Positions 38,820 through 48,736 of a DNA stretch of 64,000 bases are shown piece after piece; the stretch's first letter is position 1; each line of letters starts with the position of its first letter. Location: positions 1,532,744 through 1,596,743 of the forward strand of contig RHPI01002069.1 of assembly GCA_009103225.1 (NCBI GenBank), written 5' to 3'. Both the position numbers and the translations under genes were made by a program. The notes below the pieces were generated by a model, which ran no database searches, was not told where the DNA came from, and saw only the letters and a program-made list of their open reading frames with translations. Source of the stretch: Chlorokybus atmophyticus. Taxonomy: Eukaryota; Plantae; Mesostigma and Chlorokybus algae.

Positions 38820-39629
38820 TTGCAATTAGGCAGCAGCGGCGGCGGTGGCGGTGGTGTTGGCGACGGTGGCGGGAGGGGCGTTGTGAGGGGTGCAAAACAT
38901 GAGAGCTTAGAGACGATGGTGAGGGTTCCAAAGAGGGGAGGTAGAAATGCTTGTGGTGCAAAGGGGGGGNGGGGGGGAGCACCTCCTCCACGTGCAAGCG
39001 TTGATGGTCGGGGAGGTGGTTGGAGAGGGCGAAAACAAACGCCTCCTGAGGGAGGAGCGGGTGGTGGTGGTCGGGGAGGGCGGAAGCAGAATCCCTTGCA
39101 CAGTACCAGTGGTCGAGGGAATTGGGGAGAGCAAGAGGGAACGCCCCCTCTGCTAACAAAGTACGTGAAACGAAAGCATCGTGGAGAGTTGGAAAAACTT
39201 CCAACTCAAGCCGGCGTCCGTGCATTGGACGATCTTATCACTCCAATTGAAGGCGGCATGAAGGTGACCACAAACATGTTGCGTATCAATGATGGCATTC
39301 GATTGCAGTAGTTGATTACGTAAGTAAACGTGGCAATATGTATGTCTGAGTTGCAGTATGAATAATAAGCAGCGTGTGTACAGAACCACAACGCAGTGCG
39401 TTTAAAATTTGATTCAGAAGGAGAAAAGATAGATTGTTCAGCCCGAGCACGCTCCCGTCGTAAGTGTTGCGTGTGTCGGCTGGACACAATCTACTTCTGC
39501 TCTCAATGTGCATACAAGACCGCTAAGGACATGCGTGAAGACACAAAGCTATGTTTCTGCCACGACTGCTTCAACAAAGCACATGACAACCCCAAAGCTT
39601 TGAAGGAGCAGCGTGTCAAGCGCACTTGA
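38820..39629 (+). CDS. Probable two-exon ORF with a G-rich N-terminus and a C-terminal piggyBac-like Cys-rich zinc ribbon
   Basis: RSRRKCCVCRLDTIYFCSQC..LCFCHDCFNKAH (39396-39629) fits the CxxC-x-CxxC-x-CxxCF..H pattern of piggyBac C-terminal domains. A gtaagt donor lies near 39320. The start and N-terminal exon are uncertain. Confidence 0.5.
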
Positions 39630-39639
39630 GCTACATAAC

Positions 39640-40400
39640 CAAGGTGCGCGCACACACATACACATGCACGCAAGCGCACTCGTCACACCCACAAACGCAC
39701 ACGCACATGCACACGCACACGCACACGCACATCCATCCTCGCGCACGCATGCACGCATGCACGCATACACACACTCACGCACACCACACAAACCAGCCAC
39801 ATACATATCCTCATACATACACGCACACATGCACACGCGCCCTCACGCACACGCACATCCGCACATGCATGTGCCAACGATCACACATGTGCGCGGCACG
39901 CATGCGCATCCTCACGCACGCACGCATGCACACCATACAAACACGCCACATATACAGCCTCATACATACACGCACACATGCACATGCACGTGCCAACACG
40001 CACACAGACACGCACACACGCCACAAACACACAGCCTCACACATACACGCAGGCGCACACACGCACACACATGCGCGCGCACACACACATGCACATACAC
40101 GCCACACATACACAGCCACACGCATACACGAACGCACGCACGCATGCACGCATACACAGCAAACACACACGCCACATACACACAGCCTCACATACACAGC
40201 CTCACACACGCACGCACGCACGCACGCACGTAAACACATTCACAAACAGCCTCACATACGGCACAGAAAACAAACACACGCCACATACACACGGCCTCAC
40301 ATATACACGCACACATGCACACGCGCATATGCGTGTGCCAAGCACACCCACACGCACGCGCACGCACACCACACAAACGCATGCACACATCCAACGAGCT
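39640..40400. repeat. CA-rich low-complexity tract with imperfect internal repeats
   Basis: cacgcacacg/catacac units. The block acacgccacatatacagcctcat recurs about four times. Confidence 0.9.
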
Positions 40401-41694
40401 TACACCTACATGTGAGCCATGTCATGACGGTTTTCAAGCGAATGATGGTCATTCCACCGCCGACAGCAGCTTCAGTAGTTGCTTGCATATATGTGTGCTA
40501 GTGTTTGTGGTGTATGTGTGTGTGATGGTGTAAGTATGAGTGATCTATTGCAATCGTTTTGCCTTTGCCATGTTTATGGTTGTGTGCACATGCTTGCATG
40601 CGCACACTTGCATCGGATAGCTTAATGAGTGTGTGACGGTGTAGGTATGACAAATCTTGCAATCTACTTGCCTTTGCCGTGTGGATGATTGTGTGGAGAA
40701 TTATGCATTCGCTATTTTCCTTCCGTATATAGTGTACACTTGCGTTGATAGCTTTATAGGTGTGCTCTAAGAGCGCGTGCAAGCGTGCCACATAACCCAT
40801 AAGTACCGACCGTGTATATACTGAATCATGCACAACGTAGCTAAGAAACACTTACATGCAAGACAGCAAGCATAACGGAGACACCGGTAGGAACCCTTCA
40901 TGTCACAGCCCACTCGATCATAGAAGACTTGGTGCTTTTATGGTTGATTTGTGGTAATTTAATGTACCTTCCCGTTACATTCCCCCCCACTTAAGAACGC
41001 TGACGTCCTCGGCAGCTGGCTCCCATCAGCTGCGGAATCATCCCAGGGGTCTGATTAGGGTCGGTCACCGGCCCCACCGCCCAAGGACCGACCAACTTAA
41101 GCCCATACCGGTCAACGCGCGTATAGCGCACCGCTGCCGCATCGCGACAGGCAGGTCGCGCCCTGCCGCGCCGACTGAACGCCGGCACGACTGCCATTAG
41201 GCAAGTCGCAACCCATCGATGATATATGTCAAAGCCCACTCGACCATAAAAGACTTGGTACTTTTATGGTCGATTTGTGGTAATTTAATGTACCTTCTCG
41301 TTACTTTCTCCCACTTTAAAAACGCTGACGTTCTCGGCAGCTAGCTCCCATCAGCTGGGGAATCATCCCAGGGGTCTGATTAGGGTCGGTCACCGGCCCC
41401 ACCGCCCAAGGACCGGCCAATTTAGGCCCATACCAGTCAATGCGCGCATAGCGCACCGCTGCCGGCCCCACAGGTCGCATCGTGACAGGCAGGTCGCGCC
41501 CCGCCGCGCCGACTGAACGCCAGCACGATTGCCATTGGGCAAGTCGCAACCCATCGATGATGGCACTTATGAAGTGACCATTTACGATGTTATTGGATCG
41601 AGAATAAATAACGACCGCGGAAAGGCATCCGTGTGCTAGGCAGGAATCGAACCTGGGTCTCAAGCTCCGATGACCAATGTCACAGCCCACTCGA

Positions 41695-42202
41695 TATAAC
41701 AGTTGGGGCCCGACCACTAGGCTATGGTAGTAAAAGACACTACCATGAGTGAGGTCTGTCACAATTTATCCCAATTCGTGACATTCCTCCCCAATTTAAC
41801 CCATGAGTTCCTCATAATCCAATGAGGCACTAGCCCACGTCGCCGTTTTCGCGGCCGTACCACAATCGGTCTGCCCGCGGCCTGTTGGATCCGGCCAACG
41901 AACGGTCCTGACCGACCGAACGGCCATCCTCACCGCGCGACCTGCCATCGCAGCGCGACCGCTCACGCGGCCTTAGGTTGAACTGGCTCGGCGCGCAGGT
42001 CGTGATCCCGCGCCCAGCCTAGGGCAAGCCGCCCCAAATGTTTTTGTTTTTGCCTTGGATCTGCCTCAGTCCCCTACGGGAATTGAACCTGAGACGTCAA
42101 GCTCCGAAACCATTGTAACAGTCGGGGCCCGACCACTAGGCTATGGTAGTAAAAGACACTACCATGAGTGAGGTCTGTCACAATTTATCCCAATTCGTGA
42201 CA
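41695..42202 (-). mobile_element. TRIM family B, complete copy nested in a TRIM-A LTR
   Basis: 89-bp LTRs at 41695-41783 and 42114-42202. PBS-like TGGTTTCGGAGC, PPT AATTGGGGAGGAA and a perfect TSD CTCGA. Confidence 0.93.
42079..42154 (-). promoter_or_regulatory. Putative split Pol III type-2 promoter of TRIM-B (A box in the LTR, B box in the internal region, T4 upstream)
   Basis: Minus strand: TTTT (42154-42151), A box TAGCCTAGTGG (42143-42133), B box GGTTCAATTCC (42089-42079), 43-nt spacing. Confidence 0.6.
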
Positions 42203-42591
42203 CTCGACCACAAAATACTTGGTGCTTTTATGGTCGATTTGTGGTTATTCAATGTACCTTCCCGTTACATTCCCCCTCACTTAAGAATGCTAACGTCCTC
42301 GGTAGCAAGCTCCCATCAGCTGGGGAATCAGCCCAGGGGTCTGATTAGGGTCGGTCACCGGCCCCACCACCCAAAGACCGGCCAAAATAGGCCCATACCG
42401 GTCAACGCGCATAGCGAAACGCTGCCGGCCCCACAGGTCGCATCGCAACAGGCAGGTCGCGTCTTGCCGCGCCGACTGAACGCCGGCGCGACGGCCCTTG
42501 GGCAAGTCGCGACCCATCAATGATGGCACTTATGGCCATTTACGATGTTACCGGATCGAGAAACACGACCGCGGAATTTGTGTGCAAGGCA

Positions 42592-42651
42592 GGAATTGAA
42601 CCCGAGTCTCAAGCTCCAATGACGAATGTCACAGCCCACTCGACCATAAAA
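42592..42651 (-). promoter_or_regulatory. Putative split Pol III type-2 promoter of TRIM-A
   Basis: Minus strand: TTTT (42651-42648), A box TGGTCGAGTGG (42646-42636), B box GGTTCAATTCC (42602-42592), 33-nt spacing as in tRNA genes. The copy at 5911-5921 has TGGCCGAGTGG. Confidence 0.6.
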
Positions 42652-43382
42652 GACTTGGTACTTGTATGGTCGATTTGTGGTAATCTAATGTACCTTTCCA
42701 TTACACTTCATCTGACTAGGGGGGAAAAGCTTACAGCCTTACAACTGTACCTGCATTGATTGGACCATCGCAGTCCACACATGCGATGGTCCAATCTACA
42801 CATGGACCATCGCATATTGGTTGATGTGTTGTATCTTACACCTGGACCAATCTGTGCAAGTAACAACACATAGTCCAATCTGCAAGGGAAGGCAGCGTTG
42901 TGCATGTATGTGTATAGGCTAATCTGCGTATATATGCATACGGTATAGCACATCATGCATGTAATAGTAATGCTGTGCGAATTGATTTATATCAACATGC
43001 TTATTAATCATAGTGACATAAGGTAAACACCCTTGTGCAAAGTATAAAAAGTATGGTTGGACACGTTTGGACAAAGCACACTGACAATGAACCAAAACAC
43101 CTGCCAAATTGAAATTGTATATATATATCACAGGTGCCAAATTGGCGGTTGTGAGAAAAGTTTCAATTTAGTCACCGTCGTGCAAAATAGTTAGCGTCGT
43201 CAGTAGGCTGGCTCAAGTGAGCGGGCACGCCGACGCCGACGAAAGCAGTCGACGGAGGTACGAGACATGGTCGGTGCGAACTGGCTGAGCAGGACGCGGC
43301 GACCGAAATTGGGATTAACTCTAATCGCATTCCCCACCTTGCATAATCTATATCACTATATCGGGTCGTCCGCCACGCCGGT

Positions 43383-43561
43383 GTCCCGACGCGGCATTTC
43401 ATGGCCTTATTGTGCGTCCCGACGCAACAATTTTCTCTCATTCTTAGCGTCCCGACCCAGGTTTCCCCCTTTTGTGTCCCCGACTTACCTAATTCAAACC
43501 GTATGAGAGAAAGACGGCATGTTTGGGGTATGGCCCCTGCCCCCCCAAACACATGCCGTCT
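43383..43561. repeat. Four GTCCC(C)GAC direct repeats followed by a 17-bp stem hairpin
   Basis: Motifs at 43383, 43416, 43449 and 43476. Stem agacggcatgtttgggg (43512-43528) pairs with ccccaaac(ac)atgccgtct (to 43561). Confidence 0.8.
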
Positions 43562-44113
43562 CTGTAACCCTCACTTTAACTGCTCACACCCTACCACTGC
43601 ACACAAACGATTATACGCTAACGAACGAGCGTTGCATACCTGCTATTTCCTCATTTTTGGAAAGGCACTGACGATTGTGCTTCCGTATAGTTCAAAGGCA
43701 TTCCCTTCCCGACGGCTCCTAAAGTTCAGTCAGTCATGACATCACGGAATTAATAAACAACCTATCATTACGGCATTTGTGCGGTTGCTTCAACGTGGCA
43801 GCTGCCGGACGACGCCCCGATGATGCGATACTCTTTTGCCCTATCAAATCTGTTCTGTCACGCACAAGGAACGTTCTTGGCCTAGGCATAGACCTTAGTG
43901 CGTGTTTGGTTCTGCGGGTGCGTACGGGCGTAAAATGGGCTCTGCCATGATTACGCCTAGTCGTCGCCCACGTGACCCCCCCACAGACGTCGTTGTTGTT
44001 GGTGTCCGCCGTCTCCCTGCCGTCGTCGTGTACGAGCCGTACCCAACGCGTTGCGTCTGGCATCTCGCTAGCGTTGCCTTGAGCCCTCCATGGTTTGAGA
44101 GGCGGCGGCGGGT

Positions 44114-46695
44114 ATGGGCAGCGCCGACCCCCCGCACGACGACGGCGGAGGAGGGATGGCACACAGCCCGCGCTCACGCTCGAGACGCCCACATAGACGC
44201 CCGGGCTTGGGCAGCGACGACGCCCAGCCTGAGGTAGACGAGGGCGAGGTGGTGGACGAGGCGGCGGAGGCAGCGGCAAGGACGCCAAAAGCAGCCGCAG
44301 ACGGGAAGGGCGGAGGAGGGAGAAGGAAGCACAGGAGAGAGAAGGGCGGGCACAAGAGCGGTCACGGCACGCCACGCTCGTTGGCAGTACCAAGACTAGG
44401 TGGGGCGTAGTAGTCAACGCATGGCAACGGCACCAAACAATCCCATCATACACCAAGTCATCAATAATGATTGACCATGAATATGTTACAAAACGCCATA
44501 CCTTGCCCAACTCTCGACTGCCGAAGCTGTCGCCGCCCATCCCTCTATCACCAGCTGTCATTATGGCTGGCACCGCTAATCAGCAAGTCGTCAACGACCA
44601 TGCTTGTGTTTGCTAGTTGTGGTGGTGTATGTTTTAATCAAGCTGAACAACCGTCATGTAATACACTGGTCGTTGTGTGTGAGTTGTTGTACCTACCTGC
44701 TCGTTGGGCAGCTGCTAGTCTTAGCGTGCCCGCTGCCAACACCAGCTACGCACGCACACAACACACAGGCGCCAACATATGCTCACTGACTCTGTGCAGA
44801 GTACAGCATCTCCAACTCCCTCTTCAACACCGACAGCGAGCACGAGGAGGAGGAGCTCGCGCACCGGGATGATGTAAGCCACCGCTGGCGTGCTTGGTTT
44901 CGTGAGCGACGACAATCAACATCATGTGAAGGACTGCTTGCAGTCGGTTTGACTTCAGTCACATGCTAAATGTACTCACGATGTCCGCAGCAGTCGCACG
45001 CGGAGGTGTCGAGCAGCAAGCCCGGCGAGGTGCGGCTGAGGGACATCTATAGCCCACGCAGCCCGCTGGAAGTAAGCACACCACCATGACGCCTCACCCC
45101 ACCTAGTGCATGTGAGCAGCAACAACAGCATACCCACACACCGATTTGCCCGCGTGTGTCGTGAGCAGCAGCAGCGGTCGCCACGTTGGAAGCACCCGCC
45201 GCAGGACGCGTCGGATGGGGAAGGGGACGGGGGCAGCAGCTCCCCGCGCAACGCATCCGACCTCGAGTCCCCTCGAACGCGCCAAGTAAGCACCACCACT
45301 GCCAATCTTATCAACTAACGAGAGCACGCAGTCCAGTGCATGGATCGTGTGCATGAGTGTTACACGGTCCCAAACGATCACAACAACAAGTCTCATGTTG
45401 TGAGCGATGTGTGCAGAGGTGGTCGCCCCGTGCGTACCAGGAGACTGAGGAAGGCGAGGAAGACGTGCAGGTGTGTGTGAGAGAGAGAGAGAGAGAGAGT
45501 GTTTGAGTCCGCCTGCATCCTCTATGCAGTTCAGTACTGATGGGAAAGGGCTAACAAATCACACTCCACGCACTGCGGTCGCCACAGGATGCCAGCCCGC
45601 GGTCACCAACGAGGGGACGCAGGCATAACCACCATAAGGACGGTGCGGAGAGCCAGGGGGAGCGCAGCATCGTGAACGCCTCGCCAGCTGCAAGGCACGC
45701 ATGTGACTCGTGTTGAATGCTGCTATGCCTCGCGTGCGTGAGCAGTGTAACTGATATGAGACTCTGTCTGTGTTGTGTTGCAGCGTGTCGCCGAGGTGGC
45801 AGTTTGCTGCAGCGGACACGCTGCTTGTGGTGAGTGATGTGCCAGTGCCGCACCGCGCTGCTAGTGTAGGCTCGTGGCCGTGCTGACCGAGTGGTCATCA
45901 CAGGGGGCATCTGAGGCGGAGCGGCTCAAGTTTGTGAACTCTCCCGGTCCGTCGCACATGCTTCTGCGCTGCGAGGTGCGGCAGCGGTGGAAGGAGCGCG
46001 ACGTGTACGACCTCTACCTGAGCGAGACGGATGCGTACCTGCTGTCCGCGCGCCGGCGTCCCTGGAAGCCCACGACGAACGTGGTGATCTCTGCGGACCG
46101 CGCAGCGAGCCTGACGGGCTCTCGCGTTGCCAAGCTTCGCGGCAACTTCACGGGCACGGAGTACGTCCTCTACGACGCGGGCGACAACCCCGTCCGTCGC
46201 GGCGGCACGCTCAAGCCCCGCGCGGAGCTGGCCGGCGTCATCTACACGCCGTCCCTGAGCCGCGTGGCGGGCGGGCCGCGACACCTCACCGTGCTCGTCC
46301 CGCACGGCGCCACCTCACTCCGCCTCGATCACGCGGACACGGGTAACGCCCCCCCGCTGACGCCTCGTTCTCGTCGCGAAAGCGTGGTGGCGATGCACCG
46401 CGCGCGAAGCCTGCGCGAAGGGGCTGTCAGCGTGCTGGCAAGCAAGGGACCCGCGTGGGACCCGCTCGCGAGAAGGTGGTGCTACGATTTTGCGGGACGC
46501 GTGATGTGCGAGTCGAAGAAGAACTTCCAGCTGGAGACGGAGGGGGGCGCCACCGACGGAGGAGAGGTCATACTGCAGTTTGGCAAGCAGAGGCAGGACG
46601 TCTACGCGCTCGACGTCAGCTACCCCGTCACGCCGCTACAGGCGTTCGGCGTCGCGCTCTCGGCCATCGACACAAAACTATGCTACGCCGTGTGA
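44114..46695 (+). CDS. TULP: Tubby-like protein; multi-exon, with the Tubby domain in the last exon (~45870-46695)
   Basis: Tubby motifs LLSARRR..VAKLRGNFTGTEYVLYD..ELAGVIY..PAWD..WCYDFAGRV..SKKNFQL..ILQFGK..YALDVSYPVTPLQAFGVALSAIDTKL. In-frame upstream exons 44800-44873, 44991-45071, ~45169-45285 and 45417-45470 have GT/AG ends. The first exon and the junction near 45784-45870 are uncertain. Confidence 0.9.
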
Positions 46696-47491
46696 TTCAC
46701 ATGACCACAGTAACATATCCACCGGCGCAGCGCGTGTAAAGAAAGAGAGACGAGCGTGGCAAACAGGATGGGTGGGCTTGCTTGTCATGTTACGAATAAC
46801 CACTCGCATTACTCTAACTGTCACGGCCGCAAGGGGGCTGCTTGTGTTGCTGCCGTGTTCTTGCGCCATGCTCTATGACAGACAGCTTGCAAACACAGGT
46901 CTGAAGTTGTGTTGCTGCTTGTAAGAGGGAGAAACAGGCCTCCCCCCCACCCCAACACATCATCGCAATACACCACCAGAGTTCACGCATGCCGGACCTG
47001 GCAACTGTGACGAACATGTACATTGGCTGCTATGTATGCACAGATAGCAATATGGATTGCCACACAACAGCAGCAAAGGACACCGAACTATCAATATTAA
47101 GCAATGGGCTGCCCCAGGCCCCTAGCATCTGCAACTTTGACAACAGCAATGCACCCACACCCACACCTACACCCACAAGCGCACCAGCACAGAGGCAGGC
47201 ACGTGTGGCATCTGTGGACAGTCCATTGAGTGTCACTTACAAAGCACACCTCCCCATAGTGCCTCAACACTCGCAGCAACAGCGTGCCGCAGTGGGCACA
47301 TCTCCTGTCTGGGTGTGCAGGTGTGCAAATACATTGCTCCACCGCAGGCAACATGGGGATTGGAACCGACTCTGGTGCTTCAGGGGGTGAGCACATCACC
47401 GCGTTGCTGAGCAGCAAGCGGGGACAATTACAAACCAATACTCTAAGCAAAAACAAATGATCGACAACCGATGGCAAGTGTTTATGATGTC

Positions 47492-48638
47492 CTACGCATC
47501 GACCCATCCTCTCCCTGCGCATGCTTTGCATATCCTGCCGCCGGAGCACTCGGAGCAGTACTTCCACTTTGTTGACAGCCTGCGAGTGCACGCAACCACC
47601 ATCAGCATCAGCGCAAACGGCAGCAGTCAGCATCACAAACCATCACGCCCGCTTACCCTGCCACGTAGCGTCTTGCGGCGGTGGGTTCTCTCTGTCGTGC
47701 CCTCTCGGCCTCCTCGGGAGACAGCGCCTTGGACACGAAACCGCTGCCGTCGCACAACGGACAGACGCCGCTGCCGCTGCATGCAGAGCACCGCGGCTGT
47801 CGCGTGCACACGAGTCGTCGTCAGGCAACAGCAGTTGACAGCGGCACAAGTGCACAAGCCACCATCAAACAGGACCACACTGCAAGACAGATGGCTCCGA
47901 GAGCAAGAGTCCGGTTGCATAAAGTGCTGGTACACATGCAAGGCTCCGATGAGAACAGCAGGGTGATCCCATGTCGCACAAGGCAAGCTCTGAAGCGAGA
48001 GGGTGCGCTATGCCAGCCAACACAAGCAGGCCATGCCAAGTATAGGCCCGACACATGCACAACGCGCTGCTGCTGCTGCTCTTAATGGTTGGAGTTCTTC
48101 CAGCTGCTACCAGGCAGCACCTGATAGAGAGATTCAGACAGCCCCAAGCGTACGCACAGACATATCAAGCCGACAAACCCTACTGCTGGAGGCAAGGAGG
48201 GAGCAACACTGCGTAGGCCAGTGGCTGCGTATCGCTTGCATGAGGGAGTCGATAGCACATGACAAGCCGCTGAGGGAAACCACATGCATGCAAACCACGC
48301 GCACACCCCTCCTTTCCGAGCAGAACCTTGTTTACGCCGAGTCCTTCCGAGAGTGCCTCCTTGGCACCGCCCCTGAAGTAGAGGAACCCCGCCGCTGCCG
48401 CCACCGCTGCCCCGACCGCCACGCTCACCACCGCCCCTCCCAGCTCCGCCGTCGCCGTCGCCGCCTGCGCACACCGCCGCCTCCTCCCCGGCGTAGCAGC
48501 GCTCGCTCTACGCTCGGCGGGCAGCCCGCCGTCTTGGCGCCTGCCTGCCGGGAGCCTCCCGCTCCGTCCCAGGCACGCCACCTGCTGCTGCTGCTGCTGC
48601 CACCCCGCCACCCCTACCCCCAACGCCGACGACGCCAT
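47492..48638 (-). CDS. DnaJ-type cysteine-rich zinc-finger protein, probably plastid-targeted with one TM helix (exons 48638-48327, 47796-47657, 47579-47492)
   Basis: The spliced product has a transit-peptide-like N-terminus and TM AVVSVAVGAAVAAAAGFLYF, then PRCSACSGSGVCPLCDGSG..RRYVAGLSTKWKYCSECSGGRICKACGGRG with CxxCxGxG repeats. Splice phases are consistent. Confidence 0.85.
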
Positions 48639-48736
48639 CGCTGACGACAACAGCAGCGGTGGCTAGCTCCGACACCGCCAGCCAGGTGTTAGGGTTGGGC
48701 GGCGGCGGCAGCAGCGGCGGCGGCGGTGCGGGTGCG
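48639..48736. promoter_or_regulatory. 98-bp GC-rich gap between divergent start codons (putative bidirectional promoter or overlapping 5' UTRs)
   Basis: Minus-strand ATG at 48638 and plus-strand ATG at 48737. Confidence 0.55.

Larger units (their letters stand above)
40901..42705 (-). mobile_element. Tandem array of TRIM family A (four LTRs, three internal regions) with a single TSD
   Basis: LTRs at 40901-40979, 41227-~41305, 41678-42269 (split by TRIM-B) and 42627-42705. The whole array is flanked by CTTCA at 40896-40900 and 42706-42710. Confidence 0.93.

Noticed and set aside
39613-40501. Long His/Thr-rich and Cys/Val-rich ORFs
   Set aside because: These are translations of a CA-rich low-complexity tract that lacks stops by composition.
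41640-41700. tRNA gene suggested by GGTTCGATTCC
   Set aside because: There is no acceptor stem or full cloverleaf, and the motif is part of the TRIM LTR/PBS junction. Reported as a promoter-like signal instead.
40901-42705. CRISPR-like array of short hairpin repeats
   Set aside because: The intervening sequences are homologous to each other, carry PBS and PPT, and the array has a TSD in a eukaryotic context with no cas genes.
38600-43600. Complete piggyBac element around the Cys-rich ORF
   Set aside because: No paired TTAA-flanked TIRs and no DDD catalytic domain were found.
48082-48123. Alternative last exon (VLPGSSWKNSNH*) of the DnaJ-like gene
   Set aside because: Splicing to 47796 yields the conserved CxxCxGxG domain and is much better supported.
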